Translations under genes and position numbers: made by a program
Assembly: GCA_028289135.1 (NCBI GenBank)
Contig: JAQGGW010000007.1
Location: forward strand, 2,300 to 66,299
Direction of reading: 5' to 3'
Length of the DNA stretch: 64,000 nt
Source: Candidatus Saccharimonadota bacterium
GTDB taxonomy: Bacteria; Patescibacteriota; Saccharimonadia; Saccharimonadales; JACDBH01
Notes under the pieces: generated by a model
What the model saw: the letters and a program-made list of their open reading frames with translations, nothing else
Told to the model about the DNA's origin: nothing
Databases searched by the model: none
Shown here: in pieces, positions 28,353 through 36,324 of the stretch
How positions within the stretch are numbered: position 1 is the stretch's first letter
Layout of the letters: each line of letters begins with the position of its first letter

Positions 28353-29426
28353 ATGAAATTGCTCAAGGTAAAAAACCAGCAGGGATTCGTATCAATCTTT
28401 TCGGTTTTAATTATTATGAGCGTCCTTACTTTGCTTGCTATAGGCTTTTCTAATATTACCCGCAGTGCCCAAAAGCGAACTTTGGACAACCAGCTAAACA
28501 CTCAGGCATTTTATGCCGCTGAGTCGGGCGTAAATGAGGCAAAAAAGGCCTTGCTCATCAACCCTACTGCCTCAAAGTCCACATGCCAGGGAACTACTAC
28601 ACCAGCAGTGCCAGGTACTTTTACTACCTATACTCTTGACGCTACACTTTCTTCTGGCTACACCTGTGTACTCATCAACCCCGCAATAGATCTTAAGTTC
28701 GACTCTGTTTCTACCCAAGGTGTAGGCTCGCCAAAAACCGGTACAATCGAAAGTTCTACGGGTCCGTTTGGGTCATTTGATGTCAGCTGGTCAGGACCAG
28801 GCGGAGGAGCCGTTCCAATCCCCAAACCGGCGGGAAGCTACCCATATATTTTAGATAACTCCGCATCTTGGGGCAACAAACTAGGCGTTTTGCGGGTTGA
28901 CCTAGTCCCAGTTGACCTAGGGCTCGACAGGGCTACGCTTGCCACCAAAAGCTACTCTTTTTATCTTTACCCATCACAAAATAGCCCCTCGAACCAAGCA
29001 ACACTCGGCGGCTTAAATGGTACGGCCGACCAAGCACAGCTCGTCTACGTTAAATGTGCGGCCACTGTTTCGCCTTGTAGCGCAACTGTACACGTCACCA
29101 ACAATGCCAGCAGCAAATTCTACATACGCGTGCAGTCACTTTACAACCCGTCGTCCTCAGTTATCCTCAACAATTTTAAGAGTAATACAGGAACGGCCTT
29201 AACAACAAAAAGCGGACAGGTAATTGTGGACGCAACTGGCAAGGCAAATGACGTGCTGCGGCGTATACAGGTAAGGGTAAAACAGTCAGGAACCGATAAT
29301 TTCTCATCTGACTATGCCATCCAGTCTGGAGAATCCATCTGTAAACGCTTGCAGGTTGCCAAGCCAGACAATGTAACTCCTACAACTACTGATCAGTCTG
29401 ATACGGCTTGCCAAACAAATAATTAA
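28353..29426 (+). CDS. PilX-like minor pilin / pilus tip component
   Basis: MKLLKVKNQQG/FVSIFSVLIIMSVLTLLAIGF lacks Glu+5. It is followed by ...AFYAAESGVNEA, the PilX_N-type motif. 357 aa with C-terminal Cys residues. Confidence 0.65.
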   Translation: MKLLKVKNQQGFVSIFSVLIIMSVLTLLAIGFSNITRSAQKRTLDNQLNTQAFYAAESGVNEAKKALLINPTASKSTCQGTTTPAVPGTFTTYTLDATLSSGYTCVLINPAIDLKFDSVSTQGVGSPKTGTIESSTGPFGSFDVSWSGPGGGAVPIPKPAGSYPYILDNSASWGNKLGVLRVDLVPVDLGLDRATLATKSYSFYLYPSQNSPSNQATLGGLNGTADQAQLVYVKCAATVSPCSATVHVTNNASSKFYIRVQSLYNPSSSVILNNFKSNTGTALTTKSGQVIVDATGKANDVLRRIQVRVKQSGTDNFSSDYAIQSGESICKRLQVAKPDNVTPTTTDQSDTACQTNN

Positions 29427-29431
29427 ACATA

Positions 29432-29460
29432 CCCCATGAAACAGGTTTCATGGGGACCCC
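29432..29460 (+). terminator. GC hairpin of the CCCC-N6-CAGG-N6-GGGG-ACCCC family
   Basis: ccccatgaaa/cagg/tttcatgggg/acccc, 6 nt after the stop of 28353..29426. Confidence 0.5.
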
Positions 29461-29473
29461 GTAAATTACGTTT

Positions 29474-29625
29474 GCTCCCGACCATCCCCCTCCTTGGAAA
29501 TTTCGGCACATTGATTTAGCCGCTGGAGACAGTTTTACGCTATTAAATCAACGTGCCGAAACTTCCCGTAAACCTCACCATGTAGCTAAAAGTCATGTGA
29601 AGCCCCCTGATGGGGCTTCACGGGG
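29474..29625 (-). repeat. ~130-150-nt repeat, copy 1 (contains a 71-nt hairpin with a 23-bp stem at 29496-29566)
   Basis: ggaaatttcggcacattgattta ... taaatcaacgtgccgaaacttcc. The reverse complement aligns by eye over ~130 nt with 63305-63442. Confidence 0.8.
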
Positions 29626-29645
29626 AAAGAAGTGGATATTATTAT

Positions 29646-30569
29646 CTAGATTTGTTTATCGTGAAATTTGGTGTGGATTTCTTTGAGGTGGGGGTCGGTG
29701 ACGTGGGTGTAGATCTGGGTGGTGGCGATGTTGCTGTGGCCAAGCATCGCCTGCACGCTTCGCAAATCAGCGCCGTTCATCAGTAGGTCGGTCGCAAAAC
29801 TGTGCCGCATGGTGTGCGGGCTAACGTGTTTGGTAATTCCGGCCAGCAGGGCATAGCGCGCAACTAACCTTTGTACGCTGCGTGCCGTTAAACGGTAAAA
29901 GTTGCCGTCCAAGTTTATTTGTTTGTGGCCGCTGTAGCGCACAAACAGCGGCTTAGCATTATCCATCCGCATGTCTAGGTATTTCTGAATGCAATCCGCT
30001 GCGGTGTCGCTGATAAAAATCGGCCGGTCTTTTTGGCCTTTTCCGCGCACCGTAAACTCTTTACGCTTTAAGTTAATATGATCTTTGTCGAGCCCAACCA
30101 GCTCCGATACACGCAGCCCAGATGAAAATAATAGCTCCATAATTGCTTTATCACGCAGGCCCGCCAAGCTATTTGTGTCCGGTGTTTCAAACATACGCTG
30201 CAGTTCTTCGGGAGTTAAAAACGTAACTTGTTTGCGGACGGTTCTTGCCAGCTCAACTTTGTCGGCGCTCATGCAGGGGAGGTCGCGTTTGGTGCAGTAT
30301 TTTAAGAAACTTCTAAGGGCAATCAAATGATAGTTCTGCGTGTTTTTTTGCAGCTCGTCCGACACGTTTGTGCCCAAGCGGTTGAGCCACAAACGCCACT
30401 TACGAAGCATCTCGGGGTCGATGTCACTAAGTTTCATGTCATCCCCGGCAAAGTCCAGCAAACGGGTCAGGTAATGGTCATAGTTTTGGATAGTCTTTTG
30501 TGAGCGGTTTTGCTCGATCTCCAGATATTCCAAAAAGTCAGTCTTTAGTTTGCTTACAAGCATAAACAT
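29646..30569 (-). CDS. xerC: tyrosine recombinase, XerC/XerD-like
   Basis: 307 aa with an N-terminal SAM-like core-binding domain (FLEYLEIEQNRSQKTIQNYDHYL) and a catalytic region ...SPHTMRHSFATDLL...LGHSNIATTQIYTHV (R..HxxR..Y). Confidence 0.8.
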   Translation of the reverse strand: MFMLVSKLKTDFLEYLEIEQNRSQKTIQNYDHYLTRLLDFAGDDMKLSDIDPEMLRKWRLWLNRLGTNVSDELQKNTQNYHLIALRSFLKYCTKRDLPCMSADKVELARTVRKQVTFLTPEELQRMFETPDTNSLAGLRDKAIMELLFSSGLRVSELVGLDKDHINLKRKEFTVRGKGQKDRPIFISDTAADCIQKYLDMRMDNAKPLFVRYSGHKQINLDGNFYRLTARSVQRLVARYALLAGITKHVSPHTMRHSFATDLLMNGADLRSVQAMLGHSNIATTQIYTHVTDPHLKEIHTKFHDKQI

Positions 30570-30657
30570 AGTGTAACTGATGTAAAACAGATGTAAAGGT
30601 GAGTAAAAAATGTATTCAGCATGCTATCTGTTAGCGCTGGAAAAGTCCCGCATTTTC

Positions 30658-30666
30658 TGCTAGAAT
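30658..30666 (+). promoter_or_regulatory. extended -10 promoter of ndk
   Basis: tgctagaat at 30658-30666. This rules out the track start GTG 30668 and favours ATG 30695, which has SD aaaagga. Confidence 0.5.
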
Positions 30667-30694
30667 AGTGAAAAGTAACAAAAGGATAAATCTC

Positions 30695-31204
30695 ATGGAA
30701 CGAACTTTCATCATCTTCAAACCAGACGCAGTCCAACGCGGCATTGTAGGCGAAATCTTAACTCGCTTCGAAAAGGCCGGTCTTAAAATAGTCGGCACCA
30801 AAATGATCAAACCAACAGAAGAAGAGTTCCACCACCACTACGAAGGCATCAGCCAAATGATCTCACGCCGCGGCCAAAAAGCCTTTGACGTTACGCTTGC
30901 CATGATGCAAGAAGGCCCCGTCATCGCAGCAGTCCTTGAAGGCATTGAAGCCGTAAGTTTGGTCCGCAAAATGGTCGGCACAACCGAGCCAAAGAGTGCA
31001 CTGCCTGGTACCATCCGCGGCGACTACGCACACATGAGCTTTGGCTACGCAGACGGGCAGGGCGTTGGGATCCCCAACCTCATCCACGCATCTGGCGACG
31101 CCAACGAAGCCAAGCTTGAAATCGCACATTGGTTTAGCGACAGCGAACTCTTCGACTACGAAACCGCAGCTGAAGCCTTCACCCAGACTAAGTCAAAAAA
31201 ATAA
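30695..31204 (+). CDS. ndk: nucleoside diphosphate kinase
   Basis: MERTFIIFKPDAVQRGIVGEILTRFEKAGLKIVG ... GTIRGDYA ... NLIHASGD (active-site His) ... EIAHWF. Confidence 0.9.
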   Translation: MERTFIIFKPDAVQRGIVGEILTRFEKAGLKIVGTKMIKPTEEEFHHHYEGISQMISRRGQKAFDVTLAMMQEGPVIAAVLEGIEAVSLVRKMVGTTEPKSALPGTIRGDYAHMSFGYADGQGVGIPNLIHASGDANEAKLEIAHWFSDSELFDYETAAEAFTQTKSKK

Positions 31205-31219
31205 CAGTTTTCAAAAGAT

Positions 31220-31251
31220 AAAAAAGCTCGTCATTATGACGAGCTTTTTTT
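31220..31251. terminator. bidirectional rho-independent terminator
   Basis: aaaaaagctcgtca/tta/tgacgagctttttt, between ndk (+) and the tRNA-Arg region (-). Confidence 0.8.
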
Positions 31252-31254
31252 AAC

Positions 31255-31277
31255 GTGCCTCTGGCAGGAATCGAATC
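31255..31277 (-). repeat. degenerate copy of the tRNA-Arg 3' end (fragment 1)
   Basis: gtgcctctggcaggaatcgaatc compared with tRNA gtgcccctggcaggaatcgaacc. It is followed by the hairpin agaatgcc/tgc/ggcattct. Confidence 0.7.
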
Positions 31278-31346
31278 GGAAGAATGCCTGCGGCATTCTG
31301 AGTACACGCTAAAGTCGCTTATGGGTAGATTTACTTAAAATACGAA

Positions 31347-31371
31347 TGGTGCCCCTGGCAGGAATCGAACC
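31347..31371 (-). repeat. exact copy of the 25-nt tRNA-Arg 3' end (fragment 2)
   Basis: tggtgcccctggcaggaatcgaacc is identical to 31419-31443. It is followed by the hairpin aacatgcc/tgt/ggcatgtt. Confidence 0.8.
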
Positions 31372-31418
31372 CAGAACATGCCTGTGGCATGTTTCTGTCG
31401 GTGTGAGCGATAGTAATT

Positions 31419-31493
31419 TGGTGCCCCTGGCAGGAATCGAACCTACAGCCTCTCCTTAGGACGGAGCAATTTTATCCATTGAACTACAGGGGC
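31419..31493 (-). tRNA. tRNA-Arg(CCT)
   Basis: The minus strand reads GCCCCTG TA GTTC AATGGATA AAAT T GCTCC GTCCTAA GGAGA GGCT GTAGG TTCGATT CCTGC CAGGGGC A CCA. The acceptor and T arms are well paired. The D and anticodon stems each have a mismatch. CCA is encoded. Confidence 0.75.
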
Positions 31494-31545
31494 GCACTGA
31501 GCTTTAGTATACATGAAGTATGGCTCAGTACACATTGCTACATCA

Positions 31546-31574
31546 TTGACAAATCACAAAGCTTATGCTAAAAT
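31546..31574 (+). promoter_or_regulatory. sigma70-type promoter
   Basis: TTGACA (31546-31551), 17 nt, TAAAAT (31569-31574), with TATGC upstream of the hexamer. Confidence 0.65.
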
Positions 31575-31598
31575 GTATCCGTTAATCCTAAAACAAAC

Positions 31599-32246
31599 AT
31601 GACCAACCACGACGCCGAACCAAACCCAACAGATTTTCTTGATCCCACCGAATACAGCCGTGCACTGGGTCTTTTTCAAAAGGCGGTGTTGAAACGCGGG
31701 TTGTTTACAACTTTTGCAGGTGAAGATTTTCACGGCTCAAGCACGTACAGTGGTAAAGCTCCCTTTATTCAGAGGGATGACCCCCTAGGCGTAAGGCGTG
31801 AAATAACGTTCCAAGTTGGACAAATGCAAACAAAAGTCATTCTTAACTTACATAATAGTGCCATAGCTCGCTCAAGGCAGGCTGCCGACTCCGGCCCGGG
31901 CTACCAAGAGGCCGCAGAATCTGTAGAGGCGAACGGTTTGTCTATCGGGACTATTTTTGTTGGTGGTCTTGGGGACGAAGACTCTGATAATGGCAGTTTA
32001 GGCATATTTATCGAATTTTATGAAATGCCGCTTATACAAGTGACCGTGGATCAGAATATTCCCGGCACAACACCAAAAAGAGCAGCCGATATGCAGGTAT
32101 TTGCTGATTTCTTAGGTTTAGATCGTAGCTTTGCTACTGGTGAGCGTGAAGAAATGTATAGCCCATTTACAGAAGAAGATCTGACGAACTTTACCCAAGG
32201 ACTTGAACGGCTGTACCAACTCGATAGCAACGAAGTTACTTTATAG
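31599..32246 (+). CDS. hypothetical protein
   Basis: 215-aa ORF behind a consensus promoter. No motif recognised. Confidence 0.5.
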   Translation: MTNHDAEPNPTDFLDPTEYSRALGLFQKAVLKRGLFTTFAGEDFHGSSTYSGKAPFIQRDDPLGVRREITFQVGQMQTKVILNLHNSAIARSRQAADSGPGYQEAAESVEANGLSIGTIFVGGLGDEDSDNGSLGIFIEFYEMPLIQVTVDQNIPGTTPKRAADMQVFADFLGLDRSFATGEREEMYSPFTEEDLTNFTQGLERLYQLDSNEVTL

Positions 32247-32307
32247 CCTAAAGCTTTAACCAATGTACCCTTGTTAAGCCTTATGCTTTATACTGTTAAC
32301 AACAACC

Positions 32308-32871
32308 ATGGCCAAAGACACAACCGAAGCAGCCGAGAAAAAACTCTTTAAAGAGCAGTTTGAGGACGAAGATGTCCTTTTAGTTTTTCGCAAGCACCCG
32401 GTGGTTATGCGCAAAGGGCTTGTCCTTGCCAGTGTGGCGGTGTTGTTTGGCACGGTGCCGGCACTGATTAAGCCCGAATTTAGCTGGTTTTTTGGCGGGC
32501 TAGCTGGGGGCTTTATCCTGTCGGGCCTGGTGTTTTTGCCGTTTTGGATCAGCTGGCATTTTAGCGTTTATATTGTTACCAACCAGCGCTTGATCCAGAT
32601 TACTCAAAAGGGTCTGTTCCACCGCAGTATGGTGGGCTTGGGGCTCAACCAGATCCAGATGGTAAACTACGAAATCGCCGGTCTGCAGGAAACACTGCTT
32701 GGGTTTGGTACAATAATGATACAAACTTTTGTGGGGAGTTTGACCATTCACGAAGTTCACAAGCCAGCCTTGATCCAAAAAGAGCTGCTCGAAATCCTGC
32801 GCGAACAGGGCATCAGCGCCTCTACCACCCCAGTTACGGGCCAAGGCATTGAAGACGAAGACCAAGAATAG
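32308..32871 (+). CDS. membrane protein with bacterial PH (bPH_2/YdbS-like) domain
   Basis: Two TM helices are followed by ...YIVTNQRLIQITQKGLFHRSMVGLGLNQIQMVNYE...GFGTIMIQT, typical of DUF304/bPH_2. Confidence 0.55.
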   Translation: MAKDTTEAAEKKLFKEQFEDEDVLLVFRKHPVVMRKGLVLASVAVLFGTVPALIKPEFSWFFGGLAGGFILSGLVFLPFWISWHFSVYIVTNQRLIQITQKGLFHRSMVGLGLNQIQMVNYEIAGLQETLLGFGTIMIQTFVGSLTIHEVHKPALIQKELLEILREQGISASTTPVTGQGIEDEDQE

Positions 32872-32888
32872 GAACATTTAGAATATTT

Positions 32889-34004
32889 ATGAAAAAGCCC
32901 AATCTCAAGAAAATTAAACTAAAAAAACCTGACCTCAAGCAGGGAATCCAGCACGTCAAAAAACTGCGCAATCCTATTAAAAACGTTAAGGCATACCGCA
33001 CAAACCGCACCAACGTTACTGCCAAGGCCGTCGTGCCGTTTATTACCAACGAAACTGTCGCCGAACACCGTGAAGAAGTGCTAAAAGGCGCCCGCAAATA
33101 CATTTATCCGCTCCAGCATTCCAAGCATAAGATTGTGGTTATTTCCTCCAGCATTTTTGCCACTATGGTCGTGGGTCTGTTTGCCTACGGGGCTGTTTCA
33201 CTCTACAAACTCCAGTCAACCTCCACATTTGTCTACCGCATCACTCAAGTCGTGCCTTTCCCAGTGGCACGGGTGCACGGCAATATGGTTAGTTACGAAA
33301 GCTACCTTTTTGAACTCCGCCACTACATGCATTATTACGAAACCCAGCAAAAACTTAGCTTCCAGACCAAAGAGGGCAAACAACAGCTCCAGGCCTACAA
33401 ACAGCGCGCGCTTCAAACCGTTATTGACGACGCTTATGTAAAACAACTGGCCGAAAAGAACAAAGTAAGTGTCACCAACCGCGAAGTCGACCAAGAAATT
33501 GCCATCGTTAAGGCCCAAAACCGCCTTGGCACCAGCGACCAAGTGTTCGAAGACGTCCTGCGCGATTTCTGGGGTTGGTCGCTCAACGACTTTAAACGCT
33601 CATTGCGCCAGCAGCTTTTGGCGCGCAAAGTAGTCAGCAAGCTCGACACCGCCGCCCACACAAAAGCCACCGCTGCTTTGGCCGAGCTTAACTCTGGCGC
33701 TGTCTTTGGTGACGTGGCCAAAAAATATTCCAACGACACCGCAGCCAACGGCGACTACGCCAGCCTAATCGACCGCTCCAACCGCGACGTGGACGCCCGG
33801 GTCACAGCCGCATTGTTTGCTCTAAAGCCAGGCCAGACCAGCGGAATTATCGACACCGGCTACTCTCTTGAAATCGTAAAACTTACAGGCATAGAAGGCG
33901 GCAAAGCCCATGCCAGCCACATTCAGATTAACCTCAAGAACCTCAAAGATTTCCTAGATCCAATCAAGGCCAAACAAAAAGCCCACCGCTACATTAAAGT
34001 CTAG
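32889..34004 (+). CDS. membrane-anchored parvulin-type peptidyl-prolyl isomerase (PrsA/PpiD-like)
   Basis: N-terminal TM and a SurA_N-like helical region. The C-terminal segment ...FGDVAKKYSNDTAANGDYASLIDR...ALFALKPGQTSGIIDTGYSLEIVKL looks like a PpiC domain. Confidence 0.6.
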   Translation: MKKPNLKKIKLKKPDLKQGIQHVKKLRNPIKNVKAYRTNRTNVTAKAVVPFITNETVAEHREEVLKGARKYIYPLQHSKHKIVVISSSIFATMVVGLFAYGAVSLYKLQSTSTFVYRITQVVPFPVARVHGNMVSYESYLFELRHYMHYYETQQKLSFQTKEGKQQLQAYKQRALQTVIDDAYVKQLAEKNKVSVTNREVDQEIAIVKAQNRLGTSDQVFEDVLRDFWGWSLNDFKRSLRQQLLARKVVSKLDTAAHTKATAALAELNSGAVFGDVAKKYSNDTAANGDYASLIDRSNRDVDARVTAALFALKPGQTSGIIDTGYSLEIVKLTGIEGGKAHASHIQINLKNLKDFLDPIKAKQKAHRYIKV

Positions 34005-34010
34005 CCAAAG

Positions 34011-34955
34011 TTATTTCTTAACAGTAACAGATGAAAAGATGTCTTTAAGAACAGGGTAAGTGTCCGGTTTTTGGACGGTGGTGTAGCTAACGGTAAAGAG
34101 CTGCTCGTGGCCTGGGGCGGGGAAGACGGCCATGTATGTCTGGTTGTCAGGCGTGCAGACAGGTACGCTTGTTTTATTCATAACAACGCTAAAGACTGGT
34201 TTCCAGCCGTTGCCAACCTTGGTACAAGTCGTAAGGTCGGCGGTTGGCGTTAGCTTTACGCTGGCCGTAGTGGAGTCAACTTCGTGTTTAAGCGCGGTGG
34301 TTTTGTCAGCAAGCGCCACAGACTTGGAGTGGCGGTAAAACTTAAAGCTATAGGTGTAGCCAACACCCTTGGTCGACTGCGTGCCCAGGGTGCCGGAGTT
34401 GGTTTTTAGCAATATTCCAGCGCCCAAAACCACCAGCACAGCGACTAAGCCCTTGATGTTAATTGGCTGCTTTGGCTCGGGTGCTTCCGCAGGCTCGTCA
34501 TCAAGCTCCATTTCATCCTCCACCGGCATTCCAGCTTCGGCAGCAGAAACTGCGTCAACAGCCGCGTCATCCGAGGCAGCTGGTTCAATGGCGGCAAGTT
34601 CATAAGACAGCGCTGGAGTCACTGGTGTAGGTGTTTCAGACGTTTGAAATGGCTGGGCTTCTTCTACGGGCAAAGGCATGGCTAAAGGTTCAGACGCAGC
34701 TTGCGGAGAAGTAGCAGTTTGCTCAGGCGTAGCTTGTGGCACGGGTGAGACTACTTGATCTGTTGGGGTTAAATCAGCCGGCTCAACTGATGCTTTTTCG
34801 GTTTCGTCGAATGTTGGCAATGGCGGCAAGTCCGAAACAAGCGACATAGGCGCCTCTGTAACTGGCGGTACGGCAAAAGAAGCATCGTCTGCTGGAGAAG
34901 CAGGCACTCCCGTTTGGCTCCCGTTTGGCTCATTCGGAATATTTGTCTGATCCAT
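34011..34955 (-). CDS. membrane protein with acidic Pro/Ala-rich N-terminal region
   Basis: 314 aa with a low-complexity P/A/E/T N-terminus, TM GLVAVLVVLGAGILL, and a C-terminal globular domain. Confidence 0.45.
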   Translation of the reverse strand: MDQTNIPNEPNGSQTGVPASPADDASFAVPPVTEAPMSLVSDLPPLPTFDETEKASVEPADLTPTDQVVSPVPQATPEQTATSPQAASEPLAMPLPVEEAQPFQTSETPTPVTPALSYELAAIEPAASDDAAVDAVSAAEAGMPVEDEMELDDEPAEAPEPKQPINIKGLVAVLVVLGAGILLKTNSGTLGTQSTKGVGYTYSFKFYRHSKSVALADKTTALKHEVDSTTASVKLTPTADLTTCTKVGNGWKPVFSVVMNKTSVPVCTPDNQTYMAVFPAPGHEQLFTVSYTTVQKPDTYPVLKDIFSSVTVKK

Positions 34956-35016
34956 GAGCCAATCATAGCATAAGTATTAAGATTCTAAGAGGTTATTGCC
35001 TAAAATGTTTGAGCTT

Positions 35017-35439
35017 TTAAAGCCAGCTGGCGATGTAGTTCTTAGGCAAATGGTCGGCTCGCGCCCCAATAAGCGTCGTGCGTCGGTATTTAAAAGATGG
35101 AACACCACGTTTTACTTTGTGGCCAAGGTAGACGTAGGCATTAAGCGTTTTAGCGCCGGTGTGAATCCTGACCAGTTTGCGGCTGTAGTCACGCGGGACA
35201 TCTTCAAAACCGTCGAGTCTTTTAATGTCAGCCCGGCTCATTTGGTAGACCGCGCCCCAAACCTGGCCGCCATCATGCTTAGCAATGTTCAGATATGCTT
35301 TGTTATCCCAGTCGATGCATTCACCCCCGTAATACAGGGTATAGCCGTTTAAATATCCCACGCTCAAAAGCTTAGCACTCGGGCAGCGCTGGTGCATTTG
35401 GTGTTTGTTAAGGTTGGAGCCGTAGGCAAAATAAAGCAT
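35017..35439 (-). CDS. gamma-glutamylcyclotransferase (GGCT/AIG2-like) family protein
   Basis: Track ORF trimmed to ATG 35439, because the longer form overlaps the upstream methyltransferase gene. MLYFAYGSNLNKHQMHQRCP... carries the YGSN signature. Confidence 0.6.
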   Translation of the reverse strand: MLYFAYGSNLNKHQMHQRCPSAKLLSVGYLNGYTLYYGGECIDWDNKAYLNIAKHDGGQVWGAVYQMSRADIKRLDGFEDVPRDYSRKLVRIHTGAKTLNAYVYLGHKVKRGVPSFKYRRTTLIGARADHLPKNYIASWL

Positions 35440-35443
35440 ATGA

Positions 35444-36319
35444 TTATTTCCTCGACCGTTTAACAACTTTACGGGCAAGTGCTGCGCCCAAAGCAACTGT
35501 ACCTGCAGCAGCGGCAGTATTGTGGGCTGATGGCAGTTTATCTTTATTCTGGTTTGCAATATGTTTGCTGGCGGCAACGGCAAGGCGGGCGGCAGTAGCT
35601 GCGCCTTTGCGGCTAAATGGCGACACATACTCGCCACTTTGAGGGTGCAGCACATGCGGAATTTTCCCAGGCTGGGTAACATAACGGCTAGTACCAAAAA
35701 ACGGTGTGGCCACTTCGTTGGCGAGCTTTTGGAAGGCACGGGTACTTGGAGGGAGCTTCGTGAGCGCGGAGGCAGCTTGGGCAAAATTATCTCTGCTTGG
35801 GTTTCTCGCGTCTTTATAAAACTGCACGGCAGGGCGTGCCCTCAAGTTAATAGCATGACCATTGGACATGTCTGGGCCAACTGAAATCAGCGCTCCAGGT
35901 TTGGCCACATCATAAAAACCTTTCGCGGCTTTAAGGGCTGCTTCCGGATCGTCGATTGATAAATGAGGCAGGAGCCAGTAAGAAAAGACCACATCATATG
36001 TGCCGGGTTCGCCTTGCAGATGTGTAGCATCGCCGGCGATATGCTTAACATTTTCGGGTGCTCCGGCGGTAACTTCGGCTAAAATCTTAGGGTCACGGTA
36101 GCTGTAGTCAAAGTTGGTCCAGGTAATGTCTGGGCGCAGTGCAGCTACTTCATTACCAAACGGCGAAGCGCCGGCACCGGCGTCTAAAACTTGCGCATTG
36201 GGCGCTAATCTTTTAGCCAAGTCCTCAACGCTTTCAAAACCATGCATCCGCGCCAAAAGCTCAGCGGAGCGGTGAGTAGTAACGGCTTGTTCGTAGACGG
36301 TAAGGTTTGGTTGTGTCAT
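35444..36319 (-). CDS. class I SAM-dependent methyltransferase
   Basis: Motif I VLDAGAGASPFG, followed by ...YDVVFSYWLLPHL. The Ala-rich basic C-terminal tail is unusual. Confidence 0.65.
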   Translation of the reverse strand: MTQPNLTVYEQAVTTHRSAELLARMHGFESVEDLAKRLAPNAQVLDAGAGASPFGNEVAALRPDITWTNFDYSYRDPKILAEVTAGAPENVKHIAGDATHLQGEPGTYDVVFSYWLLPHLSIDDPEAALKAAKGFYDVAKPGALISVGPDMSNGHAINLRARPAVQFYKDARNPSRDNFAQAASALTKLPPSTRAFQKLANEVATPFFGTSRYVTQPGKIPHVLHPQSGEYVSPFSRKGAATAARLAVAASKHIANQNKDKLPSAHNTAAAAGTVALGAALARKVVKRSRK

Positions 36320-36324
36320 TTTTA

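Noticed and set aside
29646-31493. Tyrosine recombinase plus tRNA-Arg with att-like repeats, read as an integrated prophage or genomic island.
   Set aside because: The recombinase has the XerC/D-type N-terminal domain. ndk, a housekeeping gene with its own promoter and terminator, sits between it and the tRNA. No phage, conjugation or cargo genes are present. The att-like repeats are reported separately as a finding.
35440-35784. N-terminal 115-aa extension of the GGCT-like ORF (track ORF 35017..35784).
   Set aside because: The extension overlaps the 3' end of the methyltransferase gene in another frame and is Pro/Leu-rich. The conserved family N-terminus MLYFAYGSN starts at ATG 35439, 4 nt after the methyltransferase stop.
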